64,000 nucleotides of DNA. It comes from Lingula anatina (lineage: Eukaryota > Animalia > Brachiopoda). The stretch lies in assembly GCA_051362555.1 (NCBI GenBank), contig CM120641.1, positions 16,802,001-16,866,000 of the forward strand, read 5' to 3'. The position numbers were made by a program, and so were the translations under genes. Shown here one piece after another: positions 13,024 through 27,400 of the stretch; within the stretch, counting starts at the first letter, position 1, and every line of letters starts with the position of its first letter. The notes under the pieces were generated by a model that made no database searches, was not told the origin of the DNA, and saw nothing but the letters and a program-made list of their open reading frames with translations.

Positions 13024-14344
13024 TGTCAGTGTAAACGTAGTGCCTGTTGCAGCACTTTTCGTTTGCCCGTTTGAAACCTGCGGATCGAGCCTAATTGCTC
13101 TTAATATATAAGAATCGAGGAGTATAGGGGAATGGATTACGATCTCTATGGCAATCTTCAGTAAATGTATTTTTGTTTAATCAAGGCTCCGACAGGATTA
13201 CAATATTTGATTTGATTGTCCTGTTTCTATATACACACAATTTTTGAAAAAATCATTTTTGTGTGGACACCTTACTGATAATTCGTGATAACCAATGCCT
13301 TAACTGTGAAGTAAATTTACAAATGGCTAATGGATAGTCTTTTCTTCAGAATAGATGCTTGATGTACGGCTCATATAACTTAAATTTTACCAAACTCTTG
13401 TTGAATAGTGTAAAGCTGCGTGACAAAATGGTAATCGATTTTCGTTTTTTTCCGGTTAGGGTAGTTTATGCCCATTAGCAGGGTCCAGAAAGGAAGCAGT
13501 TGACAACGGAGAAACACGATCCAGCAATTTTGAAATATTAACTTAGGCCAACTATCTCGTAATGTTTATAAAGATACAACAGATACAATGAGAACCACAC
13601 GCTGATTATATCCTATAAATATTGAGTTAACACAACTAATGGTTATTTGAGCTTTTTTGAAGTGGGTAATGTAAGCTGCATTGTCCATGAATTAATTATA
13701 CACAAGTTAACAGCACCTTTCGAGGAGGTAACCACGTTGATCATATTTTTTAGAAAGAATCTGAATCAGCGGTCTGGCATCCTCTGGACACTGAACAACT
13801 CCATGGTTCAAGATTACAACTCCATGGTTCTAGATTTTTGTTTTATAACAGTATAGTGAAAAATATTTACACACACATTTATATTGCCACAATAATCAGT
13901 GCCAGTATCTTTTCACAGGACATATAGAACATATTACTATATGCATTTAAAATGGTCTCAAAAGAATCATAGTTCCCATTGGATCTGTGAATAGTCATAT
14001 ACAAAAGTATTCATTGTGAAGAGTTAAACGTATTGGGTAAGTCTTTCACATATTTTTGGCGACATTACCCCACCCCAACAAAAGGAAGAGGACAATATTG
14101 GATAACAAAATGTAATAGTAACAGCAAAAATGCTTTACTTGGTCTTGGCCACTTTACCGTATAATGTTGACAAGATCTTTAAGTGTGATAAAAAAATTAA
14201 CAACTTGTGTAGACATGTAAATAAGTTCTTTTCAAAATGTCAACAACATATTCAATTATTTAGCAAAGATGTCTTCTTTTCATGTGAAGAGATGTGGCTC
14301 TGATCATGAGCGGTTGTCTAGTTGTCTAGGTGTTGGTCTAGTCC

Positions 14345-17227
14345 TTAACATCCACCATTTACTTCACATTCAGTCTCAGTCACTAAAGTAAAATGAAACT
14401 GGCAGTAAATTTAGAATGAAAATGCCACATTCTGTCACTTTCACCCATGACATATCTTTAAGTAAAATTTCAGCAAAGTTTTTTGAATAAATAAATAAAA
14501 AGAACAATCCCAATCCCTTAACAAATTCTCCACATTTATTTCATCTTCGTCTTAAATTTAAAAATTCGTTAGCGGGCAATGTCGTAACTTTAAACGCCAC
14601 CGATGCTTGCAGTCAAGGTTTATGTACATGTGCAGTATTATATACTGTATGTGCAACTAACAGAATTGTGCTTTCAGGTTTGACTCACCACAGAGGCCAT
14701 TGTTACAGGGGTTCTCCAAATGCATATTGGTGGGGCAAGCACTGCAAGGTACACCGCTGATGTAGGGCTTCTGTCCTTGGTAGTTACCGCTGGATTGAAT
14801 ACAATGTTGAAGGTTCAATAAAAGTCCATCATGACATCAATTTCAATTTTGACCAGTTACTACCCTGAATGTCTATGTACAAACTTGGTCACTGTCTTCC
14901 TCACCAAACAGAAATCTACCGAACTTGCCATTGGCCAAGATGATCTGGCACTAGCTAAGGAAAATCGTTATGGTCAAGAATACTAGTACATTAATTCTGG
15001 GCTACGCATATGCCACAGGAGACCCACTTTCAGACATGAATTCATGAATTATAAGGGCCTCCTTACTAGTAGATATTTTTAATGGTATCCTTTGAGAGGG
15101 TGATTAGCACTTACCCTGGGTAGTAGTTGCAAACAAGGATCCAGTAATACGGGAAATCCTCCCCACACGGAGACTGGTCACTCTGGCAAGCAGAGTAAGC
15201 GCACCCAAGTCTGAAGGAATTGGCCCAGGCAACCTGGAATAAAATACAAATAGGAGGACATTAAATGCACAAGCGAGTGTCGGACCTTTATCTACCAAAC
15301 ATTTCTTCCCAGAAATTTCTTTTAGTTAATCATCAAGGTATACCATTTCCAAAGCTGTTTACCAAATTATGATCAACAAAAATCTTTTCAAATTTAAAGT
15401 TTTTGATTCACTATGATAGGTCTGGCATAGTTCACTCGTGACGATAATAATTAGTAATTTAAAGATAAAATACGGTTTATAGACCGTAGTTTTTTCATCG
15501 AGTTTCGGATAAGGTATACCTAAGTGATAAAGTGTAAATTGCTGACATTTCCATTTTTTCTTCATATTATGCAGTATATAGGTCTATGATTCATGAATTC
15601 ACTTTTATACACCTTGAAGGTTTTTTTTCTGCCTTACTTGGTGCTTTTCACAGAGTAAACAATTTTAGCACATTTCTGATCCGTTACTGTTAAATATTTA
15701 CGCTAGTAAAAACGTATGATTCCATTACCATTACAACTGGAATGTTGTTAGAAACGAAAAATATTTAATCTCTCTCTTACTTGAGTATAATGCCCACAGA
15801 TGCGCTGAGATGCGCAGGTATTTGTATCATAGGTATAGTCTTCCTTTTCACGAAACCAATACTCCACCGCTTCCCCAGTAAAGTTTTCAGGCCGAATGTT
15901 ACTAGTGCTACAATAGACGTAAAGGTTTTGGCCAATCGCCTGGGTGTTAATGTCCGCAGAGCATGTGTCTATGAGACTGGAGTGACCGTGGGCGAAGAGG
16001 CATTGGTTAATGTATTCTTGGCCGTCACAGTCAGCGAGGTCGGGGTCCCACATCTAGAATATAGTACTACAATTTCAACAAACGTACCAGTAAGATGTTG
16101 AGAAGATTGGGTAGCAACTGCTTCCAGCCTGTCAAATGATTGCCCCCTGCAATTTTAAATGCCTTGTGCTGGTCAAAGTAAGACAGAAAGTCCAAAACAA
16201 CTGGCTAAATATTCAGGGTTTTTATTTGATCAATTTGCATTTCCATTCTAAAGAAAGCAAAAAGAAATGAGATGAAAACCTGGATAGTCATGATTTGATA
16301 ATTATCCACGTGTTATTTGACTATTTGTCCCAGATCAAAGCGAGTTATTTTCATACCATCTGAAGCATGTTCTCGGCTGGAGGCTGCACCATTTTTCTGG
16401 CTAGATTGTGGTAGTTGAGGATATCCGTCTTCTCTGTCGCATTAAGCAAATTTGACGGGCACCCGCCACACGGCGACGACAGGGATCTCTTTGCTCGCAT
16501 TCCGGAGAAGGAAGTGGACGCTTAACCAGAATATTTCACATCATTTAAAGACGCAATATCAGCGTTATGGCACTACAGGTACCATAAGCGTTTTAACATT
16601 GTTCAGAACGTTCATTAGTAAGTAAAGTGATGCCATTTAATTATTAGCTTAATCTATTCTGAGTCGTATTCGCCGGCAGAAATTGAATATCATTAGGGGG
16701 TATAATTCAAAAAGAGTTAGAGAGAGACGGGGGCGTTTGAGTCAGTGATGCGCACATTTGAATAATACTTGCAGAATTGCTTTGTAAAGTTGATCAATTA
16801 ATGTTCACTTTTTGCTAACCATACACGTGTTCACTAAATAAATGTTACTAACAACGACAATAATAATAATAATACAGTGGCGGATTTAGGGGGGTGTCGG
16901 GGGGGGGGGGGTAGGGGGGGTTGGTCCTGCCCCCCACCCTTCGATTTCTGATAAAAAACGCACCAAACAATGTCTACTTGAATCATTTGCCCTCCAAAAC
17001 ACCAATTGTTATCGGGGCCATCGAGCGTGCCCCAAACCTGACGCCAAGGAGGTGAGGTGAGGCCTCGCAATCCGAGGCTTGTCAATTCCTAAAAACCGTC
17101 CTCCCTTTAAAAAATTCCGGATACACTGTGTCATTGATACACTATATATTATCCCATACAAACCTGCATTTAATGCCGTTATGCCGATAATGACGCAAGT
17201 CAGACCACCAAGCAGAGACTTCTGATT
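14345..17227 (-). CDS. Secreted CAP/SCP (CRISP/PI16/GLIPR-like) domain protein
   Basis: Exons 17227-17164 (signal-like SLLGGLTCVIIGITALNA), 16520-16357 (ILNYHNLARKMVQPPAENMLQM), 16053-15781 (WDPDLA...GQNLY...WFREK...CGHYTQ), 15233-15115 (VAWANSFRLGCA...LVCNYYPG), 14789-14689 (GNYQGQKPYISGVPCSACP...CNNGLC) and 14382-14345 (stop). The CAP signatures GHYTQ and CNYxPxGN are present and intron phases are compatible. The start-codon exon was not found. Confidence 0.9.
16876..17128. mobile_element. Short non-autonomous element (hAT-like MITE) in a CAP gene intron
   Basis: Begins cagtggcggattt and ends aattccggatacactg, an imperfect inverted terminus. The interior is G/C-run-rich within an AT-rich intron. 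Confidence 0.45.
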
Positions 17228-18999
17228 CTGAATCAAATTATGAATGTTAAAAATAAAATATTTAATTTGATTTATATGTTAAGTAAAACAAGAAGAAATA
17301 ACGTTGTAAACAATATACATGTATATAGCTGTAACTTTACACTAAGTAATTAAAGGGGGATAGTGCTGTTATATATAAACGTACGCGTCCCGTCCAGTAC
17401 CCGTTCTATTATGGAAACGGATACCTGAGGAGGAATAGAAGATAATACGCTTACCTTGCCAAATACAAATATGTCCACGTCTTTGGTAATGTATTTTATG
17501 GTTTTATGATAGTTAGGCTTTATTGTCCATGGAATTTTATTATCGCGGACCAGGACCTTTGCCTCGAGGAGGATAAGGGTTTTTAACGAGCACCCTGGAC
17601 TTCAGAAAATTGATGCTACATACTATGTTTTTTTTTCTATGAACATCAGGTTTCCTTCAACTGAGTGGCAACATAATATGAAAATAGTAACTCAAGGCCC
17701 TTACGAAATTTTTTATAGAAGTCCTATAGGGCTCCGTGGGACTTTAGGACGTCCCATAGGACCCTAGGCTTTTGAGGCATTTTCCTATAGAACGCACTAA
17801 GTTGCCTTTGGTAAATTTCTGTTAGGAATTAACAACAGGCTAGGGTAAGAACTGGCCGAGGAGAGCTTAATTCATAGGAAGCTGACTAGCTCTTTTGCCA
17901 AATGGCAAAGGTTGGCAAGAGTCTCAGACGAGCACTTAAATCGCCGCCAAGTTACACCGTACATGTACCATGCACATGTTAAGACAATAGTCCCAAAGGC
18001 TCGATGGTCATTCTAACAATTTTCTTGACACGCAAGCATCTCAAACACTATATGAATATGGTTCATACATGTAGTTTCATGGCGATAAGTATTATTCACA
18101 AAATATAAAAAAAATTGAGAATGAAGTTTTTTATTTTAATTTTGAAACTACTTTGTCAATGAGAATGTTAGAGTATCAAAATTAAATAAAACAATAAACA
18201 ATAGTCGTAAAACAGGTATGAATGTCAGTGAGGGTAATCTTGATCCTAAAATGGGCATGCCTTTGTAATTTCATCATTTCACAAAATCGAGATTTCTTTA
18301 AAATAGGTACATACAAATGTCTTATACGACACGAATAAATTCCACTTGCAATGAAAGACAGAAAATATCTGTGCAAACATCTTTTTTTTTTAGAAAATTG
18401 TGTAACGATGCTCATTGGAATTCCTTTCATTTACTCTAATACTATCTGATACCATATGGTGGAGTTTAGCAGCAATAATCTGACTGAGTACTCGGTTAAT
18501 AAGTATCTATAAGTAATATGATATGAAGCACATACGTACCGCATGTATAACATAATGAATTCATAATGTTTACGTCGTAATCAAACAGCAAAATCAAGCA
18601 CCACCTACCTCCAGCATTGTCGCTTCTTTGTCCTGCGCAAGAAAACGAACCTTAAAGTGTTATGCGGACGATCCTTTTTTTTACTGCAACAAGTGATACA
18701 AGATATGCGCATGCCTGAATATATTAGTCATATTGTGTTTGAAGTAAAGCAGCAGCGCTGTTTTTGTATGTAAATAAAACGAGAGTTAAATTCACCATCT
18801 TTAAGCATTTTAAAAGTGTAAGTTTTTAAAATATATAAGACAAGAGAAGTAATCTTTTTCCAGATAAAAATTAAAAAGAAAGTCAAAATTGAAAATAATT
18901 GCATAAAAAGACCAGGTAGTACTAGCCCGTGAAAGATTGTAATGGGAAGAAAGTCCTGTAACTCTTTGTACAGGCTCATTTATCTGGTATTCACTGTCC

Positions 19000-21900
19000 C
19001 TATACGACACTCTCGTCTGTCATTGGGTCTTTGGTGGAACTTTGCGGCGATATCTCCTCCGTAGAATTGTTATTCTGTTTTTCATTGGAGATGCAGTTCT
19101 TCCTTTGCCTTTCTTGTTGATTATCTATTGGTTTTTGTGTTGTTTCGTATATCTTTATAACTCTAACCATATTTCTTGTTTTCATAAATGTAAGAATCAA
19201 ATACCCTAAGATAGCAATGCATATAATGACGGCTGCTATTACTAGCAGGACATAAAATGTGTTTAAAATAATGTTTCTCACAGCTGCCACAAGAGGTTCG
19301 CTTTTAAACTTCAAGTGATTTCTGTAGGTTGCTTTGTCATATTCTGAAACAAAAGTGAAGTAAAGTTTGCTAGATGTAAATTTACACGCAATATTGCTGT
19401 AAATCAAAAGTTTGTGGCAACGAGTCTGCAAGTAATGTTTTATTGCTGCAAATCTGCGAAAGGAATTGAATTTTGGAGCAAATTTCTAAAAGGGTAGTTT
19501 CTGCTGTACTTAACAACATACAAATTTGTCCTTAAAGGAAACAGTGATTTTTCTTTAATGATGCTGATGATGATAAAAGCAAAAGTAAACTTAAATCATG
19601 TGGCAATAATCCAAATTAAAACCTACATTTATAACACACCTGTAAGTAATGGTTATTTAATGCATTATTTTCTTTACAATAATACCTGGCAGTTGTTATT
19701 TTCACTAATCGATATACTCTCGTTGTTGCACTTGTGTAAATTTACATCTGAGCTCACCTTGGTACGTTTTAGGCTCCACCTGGCGGAAGTTGCAGGGCAA
19801 AATATCTAATCTTAATGTCCTAATGTCAAATTGTATGTCACAGAAACCTTGTAGTTCAGTGCGGTATACACAAAGTTCATCTCGGTATGCTTTTATTTTT
19901 TCTGCCTGGAAAGACAAAATATCATTCAGACATGCTAATTTTACCGTAGGTTAAAATATAATTTCTTCATGGCAATTTTATTTTCAACAAAAAATAAGAC
20001 GCTCTTTTCTTTCGATCTCCTAAAATAAGTTGTATAAGACGCTTCAAATTTTCTTTCAAAACGTTAAATCAAACGCTTAAGACCTCAAGATGCACTTCAA
20101 AACGACCTATGCCTTCATACAAAATTCAAACTCACTTGTTCTCTATTAAACCTCTCCACAATATCGTGTATTCCAGAGAGCTCATTTCTCATGTGTTCCG
20201 TGTACGACTTCATTGACACATTATTGATGAAGTTGACGTTCTCGAAAATCTCCCAATTCGAATACTCTAGATTAAGATCCAGGCGAGCTGTCAGAAGGTC
20301 GTAAAACTGCAGCTCCTCCAGCACGTCCACTGTCATAAGCTGGCTGGCAGCCGTAATGATGAGGTAAACGCACAGACCAGCCACGGCGCCCAGGATCAAC
20401 TTCGGAATTAATGTTGTTTGGAAAACCATATAGCTTATCTTTTTCATCCCTTGAAGAAATGTGAGAAAGGCCAAAGAGATGTAGTGGAATATCAAAAATA
20501 GAACATGTGTCACCCGCTGTCTACCTGAGGCTGCAACACTGTTATCTTTCGTCCTGACAGACTTAGATTGGAAAATCTCAATCTTTTGTGCCAGTGCTTT
20601 GTTTTCTTCTATTTTTGCCTGTGTTTCACTCTCAACAACCCTTTCTTCAAAGCCTTTCAGTAGTTGGACCACAAATATGTACGTTCTGGTACTTCGAAAT
20701 ATCAGTAGAAGTACATCTAACAGGGCAAAAAACGCCATTAGAGCCTGGTAGATGAAACGTAACCCGGAGAGTTGCTTCAGTTGCTGCACTTCTTCACTAG
20801 TCTCTCGAATACGTTCGAAAGTTTCCTGTTCTTCGTCTGCGCGTTCTATGTTAAATGCCGTTTTATTGTCGAATGATGAGACAAGTGACGAACTGCTTAA
20901 TGTTTCGGTTTGCAAGGTTCCACCAGCCGTGTTATCACTCTGATCAACGATGTCCACCTCCGTGTAGGTGACATAGGTTCGCTGAGAGTCCGTTTCCCGG
21001 GGGATTGATGCCTCGGTCCCTGATCCGTCAACACCGGGGCAAATTGTAGGAATACCGAAGTCTAACGTGGGAATATCGACATTGAAGTCTACACCAGGCA
21101 CGTTTATACCCGGCCACGTTACGTTTGGGAAGTTGAAATCAGGAATGAAAGATGTTGCAGTGATTGGAAATTCTAAATCAAATCTGAAAAGAAAAATATT
21201 TTATCTATTCATATTTTGCCCGGCTCAATTTATATGTATTTGCTTACTCTATGAATATCTAAAAACATGCACGCGTCCCCAAATTAAAAAAAAACGTATA
21301 TTTCATCTTAATCATACATACCACATAGTTCATATCTGGAGAAAAATGGATGGGATAACTGTAAGATGAATAAATAACAGCATATATAGGGCTTTGAACC
21401 ATACTTACTTTTTGAGAAGATTCACAGGAACGAACTCTATGTCTGGGACGGAATCAATGCCAAGAAAATCGATGAACCCGACATCTATTGGCGGAAAACT
21501 GAGTTCACCAGTTAACACTTTGACTGCTTGGATAAAAGTGTATAATCCTCGCGGGATAGCCAGCCAGCCATTGTTTCGTACTTGACGAAGCCATCCTTTG
21601 AACCTCCTGAATACGCGACCGATTTCTCCAACTACCTTGTCGTGGTACGTGGTATTAAATTGCTGAAGCAAAACCTGCAATTCTTCCAGTCGCCTCTCGA
21701 CGAGTTCCCCAATTTGATGACTCACTATGGTGGATAAATTGAACATCTGCAAGCGATGGAACCTAATGATATTGCTCATGTTTTGTCGCATCTCCTTCAT
21801 CAGTTCTTTCATATACGTGCTGCATGCCCTTTGCATATCAGTTGCCTGGTATTGTTGGCGGGCTATGTCCTGCTCACGATGGCGGTCCATACTCAGAGCA

Positions 21901-24405
21901 ACGCCATCCATGGCTTTACCCTCCTGCTCAACAAACTCAACTAGACCGTTAAGCGTCTGGATATCATGGTGGTGTATAAGTGACAAGACGGCTAGAACCA
22001 CAGTGAAGTTGAACACCAGGCTATATGCTATACGGAATATCGCTACCCAAACAATGAATATCAGATGTCTACCTTGAAGTTCGTTACTGTGAACGTATTC
22101 CATATCGGCTCTCTCTGCATCTTTCCCTGTTCTCCAGCGTGGTCTTTTGGCAATCGTCCCTTTGTTCTGAGGAACCTTCGGCTTTGTCACCTCGGCGTAA
22201 ATAACGAGGCCAACAAGCGTCACTGCAGCAAACGCGGCTGTAGCTATTAAAGGCGTTAACGTTTTCCAAGGATCTTCTGGCGTTTTTAGCAATAATACTG
22301 CGTGTGATACCTCCCTTTCCTTACTCCTTTTAGAGTCAACATGTGCCAGGACAATTTGAAATGTATTGATGCCATCGAGAATATTGACAAAGAAAAGCCT
22401 GTCAGTTGGCTGTTTGTTAACGGAGACAGTAGGCAGACCAAATACCACTCTGAACTGCCTGGGACAGTTCACAATAGCATCGTACTTTATCAACTCTTTC
22501 TCGGATATCCCATCGATTATGATAAAGCCAACATACCCGGGGCACCCTGATAGCTCACCTGTAAACAATGATGTGCATAAACTTTGCAAATGGCATCTTC
22601 GTGCGTAAAACATCGTTTCTTTGAAAGAATGCAAAAAAGTAAAAGAATTGATAGCAAAAATAATTTCGAACTTAAAACACGTACCGGTTTCTTTTACAAT
22701 ATAATTTTTCTTAAGGTAGTTTATAGGGCGGGTTTACCAATGAAAATGTGCTTTATAAACAAATATCAAACATATAACCATCTCACTCATGGCAAACCTT
22801 CTATTGTGATCTCCCACATCCTTTTTGTTTTGCGGAAAACCAAATCTGCTTCAAGAGAATCATCATTTTGAATGCGTGCACTTGAATTACTGAAGAATGA
22901 CCTCCACACACTTTCGTTTCCTGAAACAAGTAAAACATTTTGCGTTAGAAGTTTTGCTTTTCCCAATTGTTAAAGTCATGTTGAGATACGTTTCGGTTTG
23001 TTACAAGATCTTTAGCAGAGAGAGAGAGAGAGAGAGGGGAAGAGAGAGAGAGAGAGAGAGGGATTAATAATGTTCGTTTCTAGCAACATTCCAGTGTTGT
23101 AAACGTACATGTACGTCTTTGTCATATAGCATTACGAGCGACGGACAGAGAAAGGGAGAGAGCGTGGCGCTTAATTAGTATTCTCAAAGGAAAAAGAATT
23201 TTGTATAAAACGTGTCATTTGTAATGATATTCACCAGATACGTCAAATTTTAAAAGTGGATCACTGTCTCCCTTAAGGACGTAAGACTCCAATAACGGGA
23301 CTGCGTCACGGAAAGAGACCGGTGTTCCGAGAGGAGAGTGTAAAGCTTGCTCGGGATATAACTTGGTTATGTCTAAATGGCATCCCTTGTCATGGTGACT
23401 CATGATTTCATGCCAATTGGCCGTGTTTATTGCAAATGGGGTTTCCACCTGCACGTTGGTTACGTACTGTCCGCTTGCGTGCGAAGGGTTTCTAATCCTA
23501 ATCTTAGCTCTCTCCAATTTTCTGGGCGCATGCGCACTTAGTGTAAACTTTTCCCTATTTGATTTGCGCAATCCCCGTAATATAATGTTTCGTCCAGAAA
23601 TGTCAATGAACGAATCGTGACTTATTGAAAGAAAATCGTTTTTGACTGTGTCTCTTCCGCTGTAATCCTCGGTTCCAAGAACTCTTCGGTCGAAATTTTC
23701 GTTCAAGTCAAGAGTAGCTCCGTCGAAGGAAACTTTATATGTGAAACTGTACAGCTCGCCAGGTGGTTTATAACTGAGAGAACAGCTGAACTGTTTTTTG
23801 ATATCCATTAGGTAGGGGGTCAGAACAAATTCTGCAACGTCACCTGTGGATGCAGAATATGTTTTGCAATTATCATTTCTTAGAGACGCAATAAAAATGT
23901 ATTTTAAAATAGCTTCTTTCAATTTATGATTGATCAAACGGAATTTTAAAAAATGCTTCAATGTTAAATTGTTTAAAAACATTTAAACGGTTACACGCTT
24001 TCGCGAGCCAATAGACTGCACTACTGCATCGATCTTAATTTTCGCATATCAATTTTAAAATGCCCACCTCAAGTCACATGTATGATATTCCAAGGAATGA
24101 GATTTATGTTAATTTATACAAAGTGTTACTCGCTAGCACATGAAAACTGTGACTACTGTGACTTAATTATTATTACGAATTCATAACTGTAAGGCGTAGA
24201 GTGAGGCTCACCTGTGGCACACTCTTTTGGTACTTTTACGCACTCGGGTAGGTAGGCATTCTTGCAGCTGTCTTGGTTATAGCATTCTAGTTTACAGCAT
24301 GTGTTCCTGTCTACCCCTTAACAAAGCAATGGAAGACACATTTCTTGAAGTTACATTTCAGTTTTGCATCTAAGATTCTTCAACTGTCGACATAGTCATC
24401 TTTTG

Positions 24406-24450
<45 letters not shown>

Positions 24451-27400
24451 CTACTTCGGTTTCTTATTCCGATCATAACCAGATTCTTAAGAGGTTCGAA
24501 ACTAAAATTGACAAAATGAACATTCTGAGAGTTACACTGTGCCAAAAGCAATTTTCGAAAAAAATACAGAAAAGTTTTTAAGCCTAGCGCTGTCACTAGG
24601 TAGAAAAAAGGAATTTTTATTGTACGGAATAAAATGCTTACGATGAAGTAAATTTGAATAATCGGCTGGGCAGCTTGTCGTGTCTTTATTATCTATGCAC
24701 TGTTGGCATAACTTGAAGTTTCTCATGCATTTTTCGTTTGGAAACGATAGCTCGGCTTCTTCATTAATCTCTTGACCAAATACCTCAGTGAGAAGCGGGT
24801 TGTTGTCCACGCAGTAGGCAGTCCGGGGTTCAATGGCCAGCCCAGTGACGGCGTCTGGCTGCAGTGGAACACAATACAAAATGCATGATTAGCCAGCTGC
24901 ACTGTCAAGGGGCGGTAAGCAATTTTTTCGAATCAGTCACGTGTTTGGAATAAGTTTCTACAACCAACGTACTCTTTTCAAAAATACCTGTATGGTCTAT
25001 TAACTTACTTATGCTTGCATTATGATCCATCTGGATTTATACGCTATTACTTGCGAACATCCTGCTTTAACGTTCTAGCAGAAGAGACCAGCGCTAGTCC
25101 ATTCCTCACTGTTTATTCTAAATTCCGCTCCCTCCCTCACACAAGACAAATGCAGTTGCCTACATGTACCTGTTTGTAACAAGGCTCATCCAAGGTCCTG
25201 TACGAGTAGGCATCTCCGTCCACGTAGGTTGGTGGACATCTTTTGAGATCATGGTTTTTTGAGTCGCAATATATTTTTCTTATTGCAGTCGTTCTATTCC
25301 TAAGCCAGCTTAAAGCAACTGTGTATCCATCCGGCATCGGTTGCCTAAAAACAAAGAAGACATAATTTATTGAATGACCAATTTCAATAAACTTAACCAT
25401 AAAGGTTACACTCCATAGGAGTTTCGTTATTTAGTTAAAACAGCAGTGCGAAACTTTGGGAATGGATTAATCAAGGCAGTCCTGGTCCCACACATCAAAT
25501 TTTGAACTGGCTTCTCCATGTCCTCTTAATCTTTGTACCTTATCCTACATGTTAGATTATAGACACCTAAAGCCCTTTCCACGTACCTGCAATAATTTTC
25601 CACAATCTCATTGAACGAATCAAGATCATGACCCGAGAGATTTGTGCGGAAATAAGCGTTATCGGACTGGCCGGGATGAGTTCCGGTAAACTCTGGAAAC
25701 AGGTTTGCCGTTAGTAAAGTAAGCGTGACATTGACGCCAGTTCCTCGAGAACCGGTCAAGGTGATGTTTTGTAGTCCATTCTTTTTGAGACGAAAGTCAA
25801 AACGTAGTTGTTTCGATACGTGGAGATTTTCCACGAACATGTTGCTGGTCTGGTACACCAGTTTGTATTCACTGGGATCTGAAACAAAGTGGTTTTGTTA
25901 CAGTGATATAAACATACCTCCGCGAGCAGAAGGGTGCATATACTTACACTTAATACTTCAGTGTGACTACAGCAACTCTATATTTTGGTTATGGTCAAAG
26001 AAATCTGACCACGCTATCCTAAGCAAACCTATCACTATCTTATTGCTGTACTAACCATAACCAACAGGAACGAATATTTGGTGGTGGATTAGACTAACAC
26101 GGGCTTCGTTTATTAAGGGAATGTTAAGGTAGAAATTATCTAAAGTTTCTGTCGTATGCTATTACCTTCGACTTGCTGGTAGTGTTTATTCTTTTCAGGT
26201 GTAACCCTTGAAAGCGGACGAGAGGGATCTGAAATAGAACACTTAATTAAATAGTTTCATTATGTAGTCTTTTATTATTCACTTTTAAACCATCTATCCA
26301 GGTACATGTACATGTAGGTATAAGATTTAACCGTAGGTTATATTTATTTTCTATTTTGACTCAGGAGTAAGCTTTATTTATTCGAGGTATTGATAATCTC
26401 CATCCTTACTAACGTATGCAAAATCTGTTAATTTTCCCACTGCACTGATTAACTTCGTATTCGTCTTCTTCACATTTTCTGCACTCTAAATACATAAATT
26501 TATATATTAAAATGTATATACCACCAAACATAGTACACAAAATCACTTCGTTTTTCAAGTTGTTATTTTTTTAATATTGAACAAATGGTTCACTAGAAAT
26601 AATAAGAAAACAATTCATATATTTTTATTTTATTAAATTCACAATAGTTTTCTGTGACCAATTTACATTTTAACTTCATTGGAATCCTTTATTTATTTAT
26701 TATTATTGTTTTTTTTTTTTGAGGCATGCATATTTTGTGAACAATGTGGGTGTGGCATTTGCGGAAGTGAACCGAAAAATATCAAAGCACTTGCACTTGA
26801 CCTTTGCACTGCAAATCTTGCTCATAACTGCACTGCTCACTCTCGTAATGGTCGTCTGGACAATTAGTTTGGCACTCTGAAAACAATTAATCAGCGTCAG
26901 CTATTATTCGTCAAGTAATTACCCTTGATATAGCATACGGCCACACAAGCCCCTGTATGTTAAAAGGGGTATTTAATTTGAAACCAATAAGTAAAATATT
27001 CAAACAAAATTTTGCCGTTTTGTACTACATTGTACTTACGTTCACAATGATAACCATTCCCAAAAGTCCCGTTTTTACACAAGCACTTGAAAGAACCATT
27101 CAGGTTGTTACACGTGGAGTGTTCAGGACAGTTGTTCAGAGAAGGAGAGATGCATTCGTCGATATCTAAATTGAATCATAAACAAACGTTGTCGTTTAAA
27201 ATGTTAATGTTGATCCTTCATACTTATTAACAGATATGCCCTAACACAATTTACTTTCTTGGGCCACTTTTGTTGTGGCTGCAAGTGCTGGCTAATTGCA
27301 TTTACAGCCTGGGCTTTTGTGAATAGACCTGGTAATATGACCGAGTACATAAATTAGTATTACATAGGATATTTGGTTACCCTCTACCAGGGCGGCAGAT

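Noticed and set aside
17696-17827. Imperfect palindrome (cccttacgaaattt ... aaatttctgttagg) upstream of the CAP gene
   Set aside because: The termini are too degenerate and there is no second copy in the window, so it cannot be called a MITE or regulatory hairpin.
21727-22608. Plus-strand ORFs antisense to large exons (also 11932-13111 plus and 53808-54422 minus)
   Set aside because: They are shadow ORFs of real coding exons on the opposite strand.
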